Positions 28,912 to 39,345 are shown, numbered from the stretch's first letter. The stretch is DNA of 64,000 nt from an uncultured Nitrososphaerota archaeon (GCA_964416155.1 CAYQCW010000007.1:1-64000); one strand, 5' to 3'. A program made the numbers and translations. Notes: a model not told the origin generated them from the letters alone.

Positions 28912-29508
28912 TCAACCCGGGTAGTTTTCCTCAGCCGGCCCAGCCTTATCCAAGATCAGCAGGTCTATCCCGTTTCCGCTGGCCGAGTCCCTCTGCAGCG
29001 CTGTCCTTATCGCTTTCAAAACAAGCTGCTTCGCCTCCTCCCTGCTCAACCCATCCCTGTACTCGGCCTCCAGTATTCCGAGCGCCACCTCGGTCCCGCT
29101 TCCGGCTGCGGCATACTTGTCCTCTATGACTGAGCCCAGCGCGTCCAACGCGTAGATTCCGTGAGTGTTGAACGTGAAGCCTCCGATAACGGTCTGTGTT
29201 ATCAACGGGTAGAGCCTGTTTGCGAAGAGAATGTTGGACAATAGTTTTGAAAGAGCCTTCGCAGTTATCTCTCTCGAAGTATTGTACTGGAACATTCTGG
29301 CATGGTAGTTAAGCTCCCTGACTATCGTCTGAACATCTGATATTAAGCCTGCTGAAGCTAGGCCTATTTTCGGGGTTATCTGGAATATTTTCTTAACGGA
29401 TTTCCCTATTATGAACGTCCCGTAGGCTGCTCTCCTGTCCGCCCCCAGTATGACGCCGTCCCTGTAGGCAAGCCCTACGACGGTTGCGCCAGGCACGTAT
29501 TCACCCAT
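28912..29508 (-). CDS. psmB: Proteasome subunit beta (non-canonical GAT N-terminus, probably non-catalytic paralog)
   Basis: PGATVVGL..DGVILGADRR, AGLISD, GSG, QRDSASGNGID. Confidence 0.9.
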   Translation of the reverse strand: MGEYVPGATVVGLAYRDGVILGADRRAAYGTFIIGKSVKKIFQITPKIGLASAGLISDVQTIVRELNYHARMFQYNTSREITAKALSKLLSNILFANRLYPLITQTVIGGFTFNTHGIYALDALGSVIEDKYAAAGSGTEVALGILEAEYRDGLSREEAKQLVLKAIRTALQRDSASGNGIDLLILDKAGPAEENYPG

Positions 29509-29600
29509 GTTTACTAACCACCTTTCTCCGCTTTTCAACCAGCTCGGGTGGAAAATAAGCTTTTATAGAAAAGCCTCCCGCGTAAGCCCAACGCTGAGCG

Positions 29601-30683
29601 ATGGTTGAGACTCTTGAGATAGACGGCTCAATGGGCGAGGGCGGGGGCCAGGTTTTAAGAACCGCGGTGGCTCTTTCAGCTCTTCTAAGAAGGCCCGTCA
29701 GGGTTTTCAACATTAGGGCCAGGCGGTCCAATCCCGGTTTGAGGCCGCAGCACTTCGCCGCTGTGAAAGCTGTCGCCCGCTTAACCGGGGCGAGAGTTGA
29801 GGGTCTAGAGGTCGGCTCCAGGGAGATAGTTTTCACGCCGGGCGGGGCTGAGGTTGCTGAGGCTACGCTCGACGTTGGAACAGCCGGCAGTGTTCCACTG
29901 GTTCTCCAGGCTCTAATGCCTGTTTTAGCTTTTTCAAGCCGTGGGGCAAGCCTGATTCTCAAGGGGGGGACTAACAATCCTAGGGCGCCTCAGATAGACT
30001 ATGTTAAGGAGGTTCTCGCCAAGGTTCTCGCTGAAATGGGCTACCATGTGGATATTGTTGTTGAGCGGAGGGGTTTCTACCCTAGAGGCGGAGGCGTCGT
30101 AAGGTTCAGGTCTAGGCCGGTTGAAGTCCTCAGGCCTTTCAACCTAACTGAGTTCCCCGGGCTGCGGAGCATCCGGGTCCTGGTTTACAGCGCTAGGCTC
30201 CCAAGGCATGTGGCTGACAGGATTGCCAGTTCAGCCTCGCTCGAGCTGGCTAGGAGGCTCGGGATCCAGCCGAGCGTTGAGGTGGAGTATATGACTGGCG
30301 GGGAGAGCGATGCTCCTCTCGACCCTGGCTGCGGCATCATGATTCTGGGGACGCTTGAAAACAATGTTGTTTTCGCCTCCAGCAGCCTTGGAGAAAAAGG
30401 TAAGCCTTCTGAAAGGGTTGGGCTTGCGGCGGCTTCAGACTTCATCAAGCAGGTTGAAACCGGGGCTCCGGCTGACAAGAATCTCGCTGACCAGCTTGTG
30501 GTTTACGCCGCGCTAGCCAAGGGGTTTTCGAAGCTTAAGACCAGTGAGATTACGCTCCATACTTTGACGACAATAAGGCTTGTCGAGCTCTTTCTCCCCG
30601 TGAGGTTCCAGCTTGAGGGGGGTGCCAGGGCTCCCGGAGGGTATGCTGTCGAGGGCGTGGGCTTCAAGCGTCCGGCAGCCTAA
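29601..30683 (+). CDS. rtcA: RNA 3'-terminal phosphate cyclase
   Basis: IDGSMGEGGGQVLR, PGLRPQH, RGFYPRGGG, LADQL, TLHTLT. Confidence 0.95.
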   Translation: MVETLEIDGSMGEGGGQVLRTAVALSALLRRPVRVFNIRARRSNPGLRPQHFAAVKAVARLTGARVEGLEVGSREIVFTPGGAEVAEATLDVGTAGSVPLVLQALMPVLAFSSRGASLILKGGTNNPRAPQIDYVKEVLAKVLAEMGYHVDIVVERRGFYPRGGGVVRFRSRPVEVLRPFNLTEFPGLRSIRVLVYSARLPRHVADRIASSASLELARRLGIQPSVEVEYMTGGESDAPLDPGCGIMILGTLENNVVFASSSLGEKGKPSERVGLAAASDFIKQVETGAPADKNLADQLVVYAALAKGFSKLKTSEITLHTLTTIRLVELFLPVRFQLEGGARAPGGYAVEGVGFKRPAA

Positions 30684-30715
30684 GGTTTATCAATATGGTT
30701 ACGCCGGATTGCCGT

Positions 30716-31249
30716 ATGATGAGTGAGCCATACCCGCTTTACGTGGGTCGTTTCCAACCTGTGCACAATGGCCATGTCCACGCCATAAGGCATGTCGTCT
30801 CAAACAATGGTGGGATTATTATCGCGGTGGGCAGCTCTCTGACGAGCCACGATAAGGATAACCCGTTCACATTCGGCGAGAGGCTTCAAATGCTCCACCT
30901 GGCTCTGGCTGAGGCGGGAATAGGGCTTGAGAAAACCGTCATAACCGGGGTTCCCGATATTCCTTACGCGCACTTCCTCTGGGTGCGTCTCGTGGAAGCC
31001 ATGTGCCCGCCTTTCAAACTCGTCTACACTAACCAGCCTTTCACTGGGAGGCTTTTCAAGGAGGCTGGCTACGAGGTTAAGCCAATACCCTTTCTAGAGA
31101 GGGAGAGGTACTCGGGCGCGGAGATAAGGAGGAGGATCATTCTGGGTGTTGACTGGAGCCAGCTTGTCCCAGCCAGTGTCTACAAGTATCTGGCGAGCAT
31201 CGGCGGGGCTGAGAGAATAAGGGATCTAGCCTCCTCGGATGAGGTTTAA
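30716..31249 (+). CDS. nadM: Nicotinamide-nucleotide adenylyltransferase
   Basis: GRFQPVHNGH, GSS..SH..DNPFTFGER, SGAEIR. Confidence 0.93.
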   Translation: MMSEPYPLYVGRFQPVHNGHVHAIRHVVSNNGGIIIAVGSSLTSHDKDNPFTFGERLQMLHLALAEAGIGLEKTVITGVPDIPYAHFLWVRLVEAMCPPFKLVYTNQPFTGRLFKEAGYEVKPIPFLERERYSGAEIRRRIILGVDWSQLVPASVYKYLASIGGAERIRDLASSDEV

Positions 31250-31293
31250 AAACGGGAGTGTTTATAAACATCCTTTTCGAGAGGGTTTGAAGC

Positions 31294-32022
31294 ATGGAGC
31301 CCGGTTCACTGGTGCTCGTCGACTACACTCTCTCCGTGAAGGAGACTGGCAGCGTGATAGAGACCACTATAGAAGAGGAGGCTAAGAAAGCGTCTATACA
31401 CAGGGAGGGTGAGAAGTACTCTCCCCGGCTGATATACCTGGGTGGAAAATGGGTTTTGGAAAGCTGGGAGGAGGAGCTTCTCAAGAGCGAGATCGGCGTC
31501 GAGAGGACTGTTGAAATACCTCCTGAAAAAGCCTATGGCTTCAGGGATCTGAGCAAGGTTAAGACGTATGCCGCCAGAAGGTTCTCCAAGCCCCAGGAGC
31601 TTGCCCCCGGGGCTCTGGTTGAAATGGATAACAGGATCGGCGTTGTGAGAACTGTTAGCGGCGGCAGGGTTCAGGTTGACTTCAACCCGCCTCTTGCGGG
31701 CAGAACCCTAGTCTACAGGTTTAAAATACTTAGGGTTCTCGAGGATGATGCTGAGAAGATTAAGCATCTCGTGAACAGGCGTCTCCCCGAGGTTACGGTC
31801 GACGAGGTTGCTGTGGAGCTTGACGGAGCCAGAGCTGCGATAAGACTCCCCCAGAGGGTTCTCCTTTCAGAGGGGATTCAATACGTTAAGAAGGCTGTTT
31901 CAGAAGACGTTTTAACCATTGTTAAGAACTTTAAGACCGTTGAGTTCATAGATGTTTTCACGCAGCCCGAGGCCGCGGCAACCGGGGAGGCTCAGCCTAC
32001 TCCTCAACAATCTCAGCCTTAA
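31294..32022 (+). CDS. FKBP-type peptidyl-prolyl isomerase (long archaeal type)
   Basis: VLVDYT, IPPEKAYG, VQVDFNPPLAGRTL. Confidence 0.9.
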   Translation: MEPGSLVLVDYTLSVKETGSVIETTIEEEAKKASIHREGEKYSPRLIYLGGKWVLESWEEELLKSEIGVERTVEIPPEKAYGFRDLSKVKTYAARRFSKPQELAPGALVEMDNRIGVVRTVSGGRVQVDFNPPLAGRTLVYRFKILRVLEDDAEKIKHLVNRRLPEVTVDEVAVELDGARAAIRLPQRVLLSEGIQYVKKAVSEDVLTIVKNFKTVEFIDVFTQPEAAATGEAQPTPQQSQP

Positions 32023-32434
32023 TCAGGATTAGCTTCTTCACAGGGCAGTCGAACGCTCCAAGCTTCTCAAGAATCCTGATTCTCCGGTTTGAAACAAGCA
32101 TGTTGAAGACCACGGGGCATTCAAGGACCCTGCTGCACCCGGCGCGGCAGAAGCTGTTTTCAAGAATCGTGACAGCACCCTCCTTCACCCTGTCTTGTGC
32201 GAGAAGGGTCAGCGGTTCCATGCTGATTTCAAACGGCGCGGCCTCGCCGCCTCTCAACGGGCAGTAAACCTTCTCGCCACCCGTCTTCCTAACAATCCTG
32301 TACGAGAAGCCTGTGGTTAGCGAGCCGTGGCACCTCTCCCTGGCGCCGCACGATTCACACTCGCATGCTTCACCCATGTAGGTGAAGACTAGGCCCTTTT
32401 TCGCAGAAGGGTCCAGGTAGCTGTACTTGCCCAA
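31997..32434 (-). CDS. UPF0179 family protein
   Basis: AKKGLVFTYMG..ECESC....C, CPLRGG, C...C....CP, FDCP. Confidence 0.8.
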   Translation of the reverse strand: MGKYSYLDPSAKKGLVFTYMGEACECESCGARERCHGSLTTGFSYRIVRKTGGEKVYCPLRGGEAAPFEISMEPLTLLAQDRVKEGAVTILENSFCRAGCSRVLECPVVFNMLVSNRRIRILEKLGAFDCPVKKLILIKAEIVEE

Positions 32435-32447
32435 GGCTGGACACCGG

Positions 32448-33518
32448 CTATATCACCATCGTGCTTCTGGCAAGCTCCTCCGCAGCCTTCCTCGTCAAAC
32501 CCTTATCTCCAAGTATAGTGTATCTTTCAGGCCTTATGGTGTGGGCGAGGATCAGGGCTTTAACAACCTGTTTCTCAGAAACGTTTATCACCCTAGCTGA
32601 AACGGGTGCGCCGACTTTCGAAAGCGCGCTCCTTATTCTCAACCAGTCGCCGTCGTGAAGCTTGCTCATCATTATTGTCCCTATTCCAACCTGCTCCCCG
32701 TGGAGAGCAGGATAGCCTGCAACATGGTCGAGCGCGTGGCTGAAAAGATGCTCGGAGCCGCTGCACGGCCTGCTGCTTCCAGCTATGCCTATGAGCACCC
32801 CGGCGTGTATCAACGCTTCCACGAGTATGCTGGCCCCCTCAAGCCTGTCCCCCGCGATGGTTTCAGCACACTTAACTATTCTCTCCGCGATTGTTTCAGC
32901 TAGGCTCGCTGCATACTCGCCGTAGTATTCTCCGCGAAGCGTGTGGGAGAGACGCCAGTCTTTCACAGCCGTATGCTTCGCCACCAGGTCTCCAACCCCG
33001 GCGCCGAAATACCTCGAGGGAGCTGTTGCGAGAATCGAAACATCCCCTATTATTACTGAGGGCGTTATCGTGTTGAACGAGTATCTTCTTCCCCGCCTGG
33101 GCGCTGAGGCCAGGGGGCTTGCAATCCCGTCGTGAGAAGGCACCGTGGGGACGCTTATGAACTCCAGGCTGTTCCTCCAGGCTAGAATCTTGCCCGCGTC
33201 AATAACCCTGCCTCCTCCGAAGCCGACGACAACGCTTTCACCCGGCTTCCTGTCAATCTTGGCGAGATGCTTCTCAAGCTTCAAGGACTCTGTGAAAGCA
33301 TCCGCCTCGCCTATGAGGCTGAGCCTGAAGGAGAGCCTGCTCTCCAAGAGGATTCTCCTAATCTTCTCCCCGAAGAGCCTCATAGGCGTCTTGCTGGTTA
33401 AAACAACGACCCTTTTAGCCCCCAGCTCCCTTATGCTTGAGCCCAGCTCCTCAACAGCATCCCTTCCGAGTATTATGTGTCTCGGCAGCCTAACTGTATG
33501 CCTACTCTTGTCTTTCAA
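32448..33518 (-). CDS. egsA: sn-glycerol-1-phosphate dehydrogenase
   Basis: GFGGGRVIDAGK, VPTVPSHDGIASP, SSRPCSGSEHLFSHALD, LHGEQVG, RYTIL. Confidence 0.95.
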   Translation of the reverse strand: MKDKSRHTVRLPRHIILGRDAVEELGSSIRELGAKRVVVLTSKTPMRLFGEKIRRILLESRLSFRLSLIGEADAFTESLKLEKHLAKIDRKPGESVVVGFGGGRVIDAGKILAWRNSLEFISVPTVPSHDGIASPLASAPRRGRRYSFNTITPSVIIGDVSILATAPSRYFGAGVGDLVAKHTAVKDWRLSHTLRGEYYGEYAASLAETIAERIVKCAETIAGDRLEGASILVEALIHAGVLIGIAGSSRPCSGSEHLFSHALDHVAGYPALHGEQVGIGTIMMSKLHDGDWLRIRSALSKVGAPVSARVINVSEKQVVKALILAHTIRPERYTILGDKGLTRKAAEELARSTMVI

Positions 33519-33616
33519 GGTGTTGAGACGAATAGGGGAAAGATTTATCTTTAAGCCTTTCCCTACTTGGGACGGTTCGGGTTCTAGAGGTGTTTAGAAG
33601 GTTGGCAAGCATTAAT

Positions 33617-34261
33617 ATGAGAACAGGCAGAACGGGGATAGTCGACCCTCTCTGGGGCACTACTACGGTTGGAATATCCTGCACGGACGGCGTTGTCCTG
33701 GCTTCAGACACTAGGGTTGTTCAAGGATACTATTTTATCGCTCATAAACGCGGAAAGAAGATTCTGAAGATAGATGACTATATTGCTGCAACTATTTCCG
33801 GCGGAGTTGCCGACGCGCAGGCCCTCATAAGCTCGCTGCAGTGGGAGGCGAGGTCGTACAAGCTTGAGAGAGGGGTCAACATGCCTGTTAAGGCGGCTGC
33901 GAACATTGCTTCAATAATCCTCTCGTCGACGCGCATTGCACCCCTCTACATTCAGCTGATAATAGGCGGCTACGATAGAGAGGGGACCAGCCTATATGTG
34001 CTGGACCCGCTCGGAGGCTTTTCGAAAGAGGTTTTCGTAGGATCAGGGTCAGGCTCCCCTGTTGCACTAGGATACCTTGAGGCTGAGCTCAAGCCCCCGG
34101 TTAGCGTTGAGAACGCTATACCAATCGCGATTAAATCTATTCTCGCAGCAATGCAGAGGGACACTGCCACCGGCAACGATTTTGAAGTCATGGTTGTCGA
34201 CTCGAAAGGGTGCAGGGAGCTATCGCCCGAGGAGAAGACAAGGTTGACCGGTTTAAGATGA
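33617..34261 (+). CDS. psmB: Proteasome subunit beta (catalytic, GTTTVG)
   Basis: GTTTVG, DGVVLASDTR, GVADAQ, GSGSP, QRDTATG. Confidence 0.95.
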   Translation: MRTGRTGIVDPLWGTTTVGISCTDGVVLASDTRVVQGYYFIAHKRGKKILKIDDYIAATISGGVADAQALISSLQWEARSYKLERGVNMPVKAAANIASIILSSTRIAPLYIQLIIGGYDREGTSLYVLDPLGGFSKEVFVGSGSGSPVALGYLEAELKPPVSVENAIPIAIKSILAAMQRDTATGNDFEVMVVDSKGCRELSPEEKTRLTGLR

Positions 34262-36159
34262 GCGCAGAGAAAGACATAAGGGAAGTAATCTTCGAGAAAA
34301 TACCTAGAGAGGCCCAGATAGTCGGCATAGAGATGGAGGGGCCTGCGATAGCCGTCTACGTTGAGAACCCGGGCTTCCTGGTGAGTGGGCAGCAGGTTCT
34401 GGCGGAGGTTGCTAAGCAGCTTAGGAAAAGGATTGTCGTAAGGACGGCTGTTAAAGCGAGGAAGCCGAAAGACGAGGCTGAGAAAACCATCAAGCAGCTG
34501 GTTCCCAAGAAGGCCGGCGTGGAGGCTGTTGTTTTCAACGATGTTTTCGGCGAGGTTCTGGTTTCAGTCAGACATCCGGATGCCGTCGAGGAGCTCGGGG
34601 AGAAGATTCTTAACGATATTATGGTTGAAACAGGCTGGAAGCCAAGCATCATAAGAATACCCCCGCTCAGCACAACAGTCATACCGCAGGTCATGTATGT
34701 TTTCAACCAGAACGCTGAGGAGAGGTTCAGGATTCTCAGGGAGATCGGTGAAAGAATATTCAGGAAACCCTTGTTTAAGACTGAAAACATTACTCTAACT
34801 TTTCTAGGAGGCGCTGAGCAGGTTGGGAGGTCCAGCATTCTTGTTTCAACAGATGAGAGTAATGTTCTCATGGATTTCGGGATAAACCCTGCTGCAAGCT
34901 CCTATTCTGATTCTTTCCCAAGGATCGACAGGATACCGATCTCCGTTGAAAACATAGATGCTGTCGTGGTTTCCCACGCTCACCTGGACCACATGGGCGG
35001 GCTTCCCCTGCTCTTCAAATACGGATACCATGGCCCAGTCTACATGACTGAGCCCACAGTATACTTGATGTTCCTACTGCTCAACGACCTTTACGATGTT
35101 CTTCAGAAGAATGGCGTCACACCCTTCTTCGAGCTTAAGGATCTCAGGACTATTCTGCAGCACACGATTCCGGTGAAGTTCGGCGTGGTTGTCGACGTCG
35201 CCCCGGATATTAAGCTGACCTTCAGGAACGCTGGCCACATATTGGGCTCCGCGATAATTCATCTTCACATCGGCGAAGGGCTTCACAACATTGTCTTCAC
35301 GGGAGACTTGAAGTACGACCGCTCCATACTGCTCGAGCATGCTTCAACAATGTTTCCCAGGGTTGAGACGCTGATAACGGAGTGCACCTACGGCGGTGTG
35401 AACGACACGATGCCCCCTAGGGAGGAGGTTGAGAACAGGCTTGTCTCCCTTGTTAACTCTACGCTGGAGAAGAATGGGAATGTTCTCATCCCTACGCTCG
35501 CCGTGGGGAGAGCCCAAGAAATAATGCTTGTCCTAGACAACGCTATAAGGAGCAAGAAGATCCCCGAGGTGCCAATATATGTGGACGGCATGATCTCGGA
35601 GGTAACTGCGATACACGCCTCATTCCCAAACTATCTATCCAAGGATCTCAGGGAGACGATGAACAACGGTGTCAATCCGTTTAAATCCGAATACGTGATC
35701 CCGGTTAAAAACTCGATTCCAAGAGAGGAAATAACGGAGGCAAGGCGCAACATAATCCTTTCCCCCTCAGGAATGCTTGAAGGAGGCCCGGTGATAGAGT
35801 ATTTTAAGCTGATCGCCCCGCAGGAGAACTCCATGGTGATATTCGTAAACTACCAGATAGAGGGGACTCTTGGAAACAGGGTTTTAAACGGGCTTAAGGA
35901 GCTTACGATGCAGAACGCTAACGGCAGGGTTGAAGCAATAACCATAAAAAGCGCTGTGGAGAGAGTTGACGGTTTCTCAGGCCACTCCGACAGGAACCAG
36001 ATACTGAACTACGTTAGGAGGGTCTACACTAAAAGGGGTCCCCTGTTTCTAGTCCACGGGGAGGCTAAGAAGATCCAGAACATGAAGAAGCTTTTAAACA
36101 GGACGTATGGGGAGAACGTTTACTCGCCCAGGCTTCTTGAAACCTACAGGGCTCTTTAA
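34258..36159 (+). CDS. Beta-CASP ribonuclease aCPSF1 (KH domains plus MBL)
   Basis: KH region EGPAIAVY; LGGAEQVGRS; SHAHLDH; AGHILGS; GFSGHSD; VHGE. Confidence 0.95.
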   Translation: MSAEKDIREVIFEKIPREAQIVGIEMEGPAIAVYVENPGFLVSGQQVLAEVAKQLRKRIVVRTAVKARKPKDEAEKTIKQLVPKKAGVEAVVFNDVFGEVLVSVRHPDAVEELGEKILNDIMVETGWKPSIIRIPPLSTTVIPQVMYVFNQNAEERFRILREIGERIFRKPLFKTENITLTFLGGAEQVGRSSILVSTDESNVLMDFGINPAASSYSDSFPRIDRIPISVENIDAVVVSHAHLDHMGGLPLLFKYGYHGPVYMTEPTVYLMFLLLNDLYDVLQKNGVTPFFELKDLRTILQHTIPVKFGVVVDVAPDIKLTFRNAGHILGSAIIHLHIGEGLHNIVFTGDLKYDRSILLEHASTMFPRVETLITECTYGGVNDTMPPREEVENRLVSLVNSTLEKNGNVLIPTLAVGRAQEIMLVLDNAIRSKKIPEVPIYVDGMISEVTAIHASFPNYLSKDLRETMNNGVNPFKSEYVIPVKNSIPREEITEARRNIILSPSGMLEGGPVIEYFKLIAPQENSMVIFVNYQIEGTLGNRVLNGLKELTMQNANGRVEAITIKSAVERVDGFSGHSDRNQILNYVRRVYTKRGPLFLVHGEAKKIQNMKKLLNRTYGENVYSPRLLETYRAL

Positions 36160-36256
36160 ACAGTTCTTCGCTAATCATGCTTTCAAGCCTGGGGCCTGTT
36201 CCCCACCTTTTGGCTGGAAAAGTATTTATTTAAGCTTCCCGCGGAATCCTTGAGAA

Positions 36257-36505
36257 TTGTCCGCGGATACTACGATGGAGCTGCTTCAAGCATCCCTGGG
36301 TAAGAGCATAATAGTGAAGCTCAGGGGAGGGGCGAAGATACGTGGAATCCTAGACGGGTATGATCCTCATCTGAACATCGTTCTTTCCAGCGCTGAGGAG
36401 CTCAAGGGGAACGAGACGACTAGGCTTGGACTGATCGTGATAAGGGGGGACAACGTTATCCTGATCTCCCCCCCGATAGAGTATAAGCCTGAGGGGAAGG
36501 AGTAG
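36257..36505 (+). CDS. Sm/LSm-like RNA-binding protein (SmAP1)
   Basis: GILDGYDPHLNIVL, IVIRGDNVILISP; adjacent to L37e. Confidence 0.93.
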   Translation: MSADTTMELLQASLGKSIIVKLRGGAKIRGILDGYDPHLNIVLSSAEELKGNETTRLGLIVIRGDNVILISPPIEYKPEGKE

Positions 36506-36511
36506 AGGGAA

Positions 36512-36712
36512 ATGGGCAAGACCTCGGCGGGGACAACGGCCTTCGGAAGACTCCATAAGAAGTCAACTCACAAGATATGCAGGAGATGTGGAAGAAGGTC
36601 TTTCAACATTAGGAAGAAGTATTGCGCGGCATGCGGCTTCGGCAGGAGCCCGAGGATAAGAAGATACTCTTGGCAGAACAAGAAGCTGCAGAGGATCGTG
36701 AGAGTTGTCTAG
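36512..36712 (+). CDS. rpl37e: 50S ribosomal protein L37e
   Basis: [22 protein letters not shown]. Confidence 0.95.
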   Translation: MGKTSAGTTAFGRLHKKSTHKICRRCGRRSFNIRKKYCAACGFGRSPRIRRYSWQNKKLQRIVRVV

Positions 36713-36715
36713 GAT

Positions 36716-37354
36716 TTGACTGTTGATTTAAATAGTAGGATAAGCCTCCTCATCAAAGAGTCTTACGAGTATTTGAAGAGGCAGGAGGACGTTAAGTACG
36801 ACCTGCTGAGAAGCATAAGCAGCATTGTGAAGAAGTGTAGAAGCTCCGTTAAAGCATCCTACGCGCACGATTTCAAGGCTTCGAGAAGAATACTGGACGG
36901 CGTGCAGCAAGACATAGCGAGGCTCGTTAAGACTGCTTACCGGGAGGGAGTCTGGGAAACATGGCCACCAATAGTGCAGACATACCAGGAGTTTCTCGAG
37001 GCGGTTCTAGTATACTGGTTCACATCCGGCAGGGAGTATAGGCTAAGGGTTAAGCCTCCACCGGCTTCAATACTCTACGCTATCTCAGACTTTATAGGAG
37101 AGTTGAAGAGACTCATGCTCGAGCATCTTAGGAGGGGTGAGTTGAGGGAGGCTGAGGAAACCTACAGGATTATGGGTCAGCTTTATGAGAACGTTTCAAC
37201 GATCGCGCTCGGAGACTCGGCGCTGCCCGGCTTCAAGAGGAAGATAGATGTTAACAGGTCTTCGGTGGAGTCTGCCTTCTCGATTCTGAACGAGGAGCTC
37301 CGTAGAAGAGCATTCCTGTCGTCAATGGAAGAATACTTTGAGAAGCTCCGCTGA
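36716..37354 (+). CDS. Translin/TRAX family protein
   Basis: YQEFLEA, ISDFIGELKR, FKRKIDV. Confidence 0.82.
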   Translation: MTVDLNSRISLLIKESYEYLKRQEDVKYDLLRSISSIVKKCRSSVKASYAHDFKASRRILDGVQQDIARLVKTAYREGVWETWPPIVQTYQEFLEAVLVYWFTSGREYRLRVKPPPASILYAISDFIGELKRLMLEHLRRGELREAEETYRIMGQLYENVSTIALGDSALPGFKRKIDVNRSSVESAFSILNEELRRRAFLSSMEEYFEKLR

Positions 37355-38000
37355 CACGCTTGAAACATGGGAGGGCCTGAAACTGGATCAGGCTCTTTAC
37401 GAGAGGCTTTGCGAAACCCAGAGACTCATCTCTAAAAGGGTTGTTGTCTCAGAAGAGCATTGTGAAAGGGTTGAAAAGGTTGCTGGCGTCGACGCTTCCT
37501 ACTGTGGAGACTCAGCCTTCGTAGGCTTCACGGTTTTCAGCATCCCGGAGAACAGGATAATCCTTGTAAGCGTTTCGACGGCCCGTTCAAGAATGCCTTA
37601 TTTTTCCTCGCTCCTATGCTTCAGAGAGGGGCCGGTTATCCTACCTATTCTTAGAAGGTTTCTTACTGAGTATGACGTGCTTCTGGTTAACGGCCATGGG
37701 CTCGCCCACCCGAGGAAATGCGGCTTAGCCACATACCTTGGAGTACTGCTTAACAAGCCCACCATAGGGGTTGCTAGAAAACCCTTGGGGAGGCTTGACG
37801 AGGAGCATAACGTTAACCATTTAAGAGAGTTCGGAGACAGGTTTTACTACAGCGTGGGAAACATGATGACTCTTGAAGGAGCGTTCAACGTGCTTAGGAG
37901 GATCACCCTGAAGAACAGGGGCCTCCCAATACCTCTTGAGACAGCACACTCGTTCTCGAGAAAAACGTTAACGCTGGTGGCTGGTGATGAAAGAGTATAG
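37338..38000 (+). CDS. nfi: Endonuclease V
   Basis: VAGVDASY, PY....LCFREGP, GHGLAHPR..GLA, PTIGVA. Confidence 0.88.
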   Translation: MRSSADTLETWEGLKLDQALYERLCETQRLISKRVVVSEEHCERVEKVAGVDASYCGDSAFVGFTVFSIPENRIILVSVSTARSRMPYFSSLLCFREGPVILPILRRFLTEYDVLLVNGHGLAHPRKCGLATYLGVLLNKPTIGVARKPLGRLDEEHNVNHLREFGDRFYYSVGNMMTLEGAFNVLRRITLKNRGLPIPLETAHSFSRKTLTLVAGDERV

Positions 38001-38673
38001 AAAGATGTTCATGCTGATCGCCATCGCGAAGCTCGCCGGCGAGGAGAAGACGCCTGTTTCAACAAGAAGGCTCTCCAAGGCTACTGGTGTTTCGCATCAG
38101 TCCGCCTCCAGGTATCTCAGGGAGCTTGAGAAAGAAGGCCTTGTTGAAACCGTGATGACGCCAAGAGGACGGGTGATAAAGCTTTCAAGCAGAGGGTTGA
38201 ACCAGATTAAGCTTCACGCGGGTACAATCCTATCCTTGATAAACATGGTTGACAAGACCTATGTTTTCACAGGGAAGGTTTTCACAGGGCTCGGTGAGGG
38301 AGCATACTATGTTTCCAGGAAGCCTTATCTCGAACAGTTCTACTCTAAGCTCGGCTTCTACCCTTACCTTGGCACGCTTAACCTGAGAATAGAGCAGTAC
38401 ATGGATCAGCTTCTGCTCATCGAGAAAATGTCTAAGCCGCCGGTCTTCATTCAGGGCTTTACAAACCATGAGAGAACATTTGGAGACGGGTATTGCTACC
38501 CGGTTATCGTGGGCAATAATTACGAGGGCGCCATAGTTAAGGCTTTGAGAACAGTTTACGACAGTTCAGTGGTTGAAATAATCTCGCCCCACAACCTCAG
38601 GAAGGAGCTGAAGCTTAAGGACGGGGACACTGTAACCTTCACTTTCAAAAACGTGGAAACAGGAGGAAGGTAG
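37987..38673 (+). CDS. ribK: CTP-dependent riboflavin kinase with N-terminal wHTH
   Basis: SHQSASRYLRELE; GKVFTGLGEGAYYV; PYLGTLNL; VEIISPHNLR. Confidence 0.93.
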   Translation: MKEYRKMFMLIAIAKLAGEEKTPVSTRRLSKATGVSHQSASRYLRELEKEGLVETVMTPRGRVIKLSSRGLNQIKLHAGTILSLINMVDKTYVFTGKVFTGLGEGAYYVSRKPYLEQFYSKLGFYPYLGTLNLRIEQYMDQLLLIEKMSKPPVFIQGFTNHERTFGDGYCYPVIVGNNYEGAIVKALRTVYDSSVVEIISPHNLRKELKLKDGDTVTFTFKNVETGGR

Positions 38674-38693
38674 GAAGCGGAGAAAAGCCTAAA

Positions 38694-39146
38694 CTATGTT
38701 CCCCTAATCTTCTCAATCTTCTCAATAATCTTGCTCGAGCTAGTGTCGAAAAACTTCCTCATTTTAACAGTCTTGATTTCAAGCCCAAGCCTTTTCAAAA
38801 CCCTTTGAGTCCTTCTCATAATGTTTGTCTGATCGTAGCCGAAAACAATAACATCCGGCTTAAGCCTCTTCAGAAACCACTCAATATTCTTCTCAATATC
38901 ACCTCTTCTCCCAATGTAAACCCCGTCAACAGGCTTAAGCTTGGAAACCATGAAAGCCCGGTCCCTAGCCCTGAACATTGGGCTCCTACCCTTATTGTCC
39001 TTAACCACGCTGTCGCATGCAACAATAACGAGAAGCCTGCCGTCCTCACCCGCCAGACGCTTAGCCTCCTCCAGAAACCTTATGTGACCCGGGTGAATAA
39101 TGTCGAAAACACCCGTGGTAAGCACAACAACGCTCCTCCTTCTCAT
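38694..39146 (-). CDS. ribL: FAD synthase
   Basis: GVFDIIHPGH, VIVACD, KPDVIVFGYDQ, SSSKI. Confidence 0.88.
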   Translation of the reverse strand: MRRRSVVVLTTGVFDIIHPGHIRFLEEAKRLAGEDGRLLVIVACDSVVKDNKGRSPMFRARDRAFMVSKLKPVDGVYIGRRGDIEKNIEWFLKRLKPDVIVFGYDQTNIMRRTQRVLKRLGLEIKTVKMRKFFDTSSSKIIEKIEKIRGT

Positions 39147-39345
39147 GACGAGGCCTCCGCCCTAAGGGTGGGCAGCATGGTTAAAAATTTTTAAAACCCC
39201 TGCTTAAAGAATAGTGCCTACAGAGCCGGTTTGGCACGCGCTAACAGATGAACAAAGAATGATGCAAAAGTTTCCTCCCGCCCCATACAACGCTTAAATA
39301 CTTGAAGGAAATATTTTTATACCCTGTTGTAGCGGAAACTCCTGT

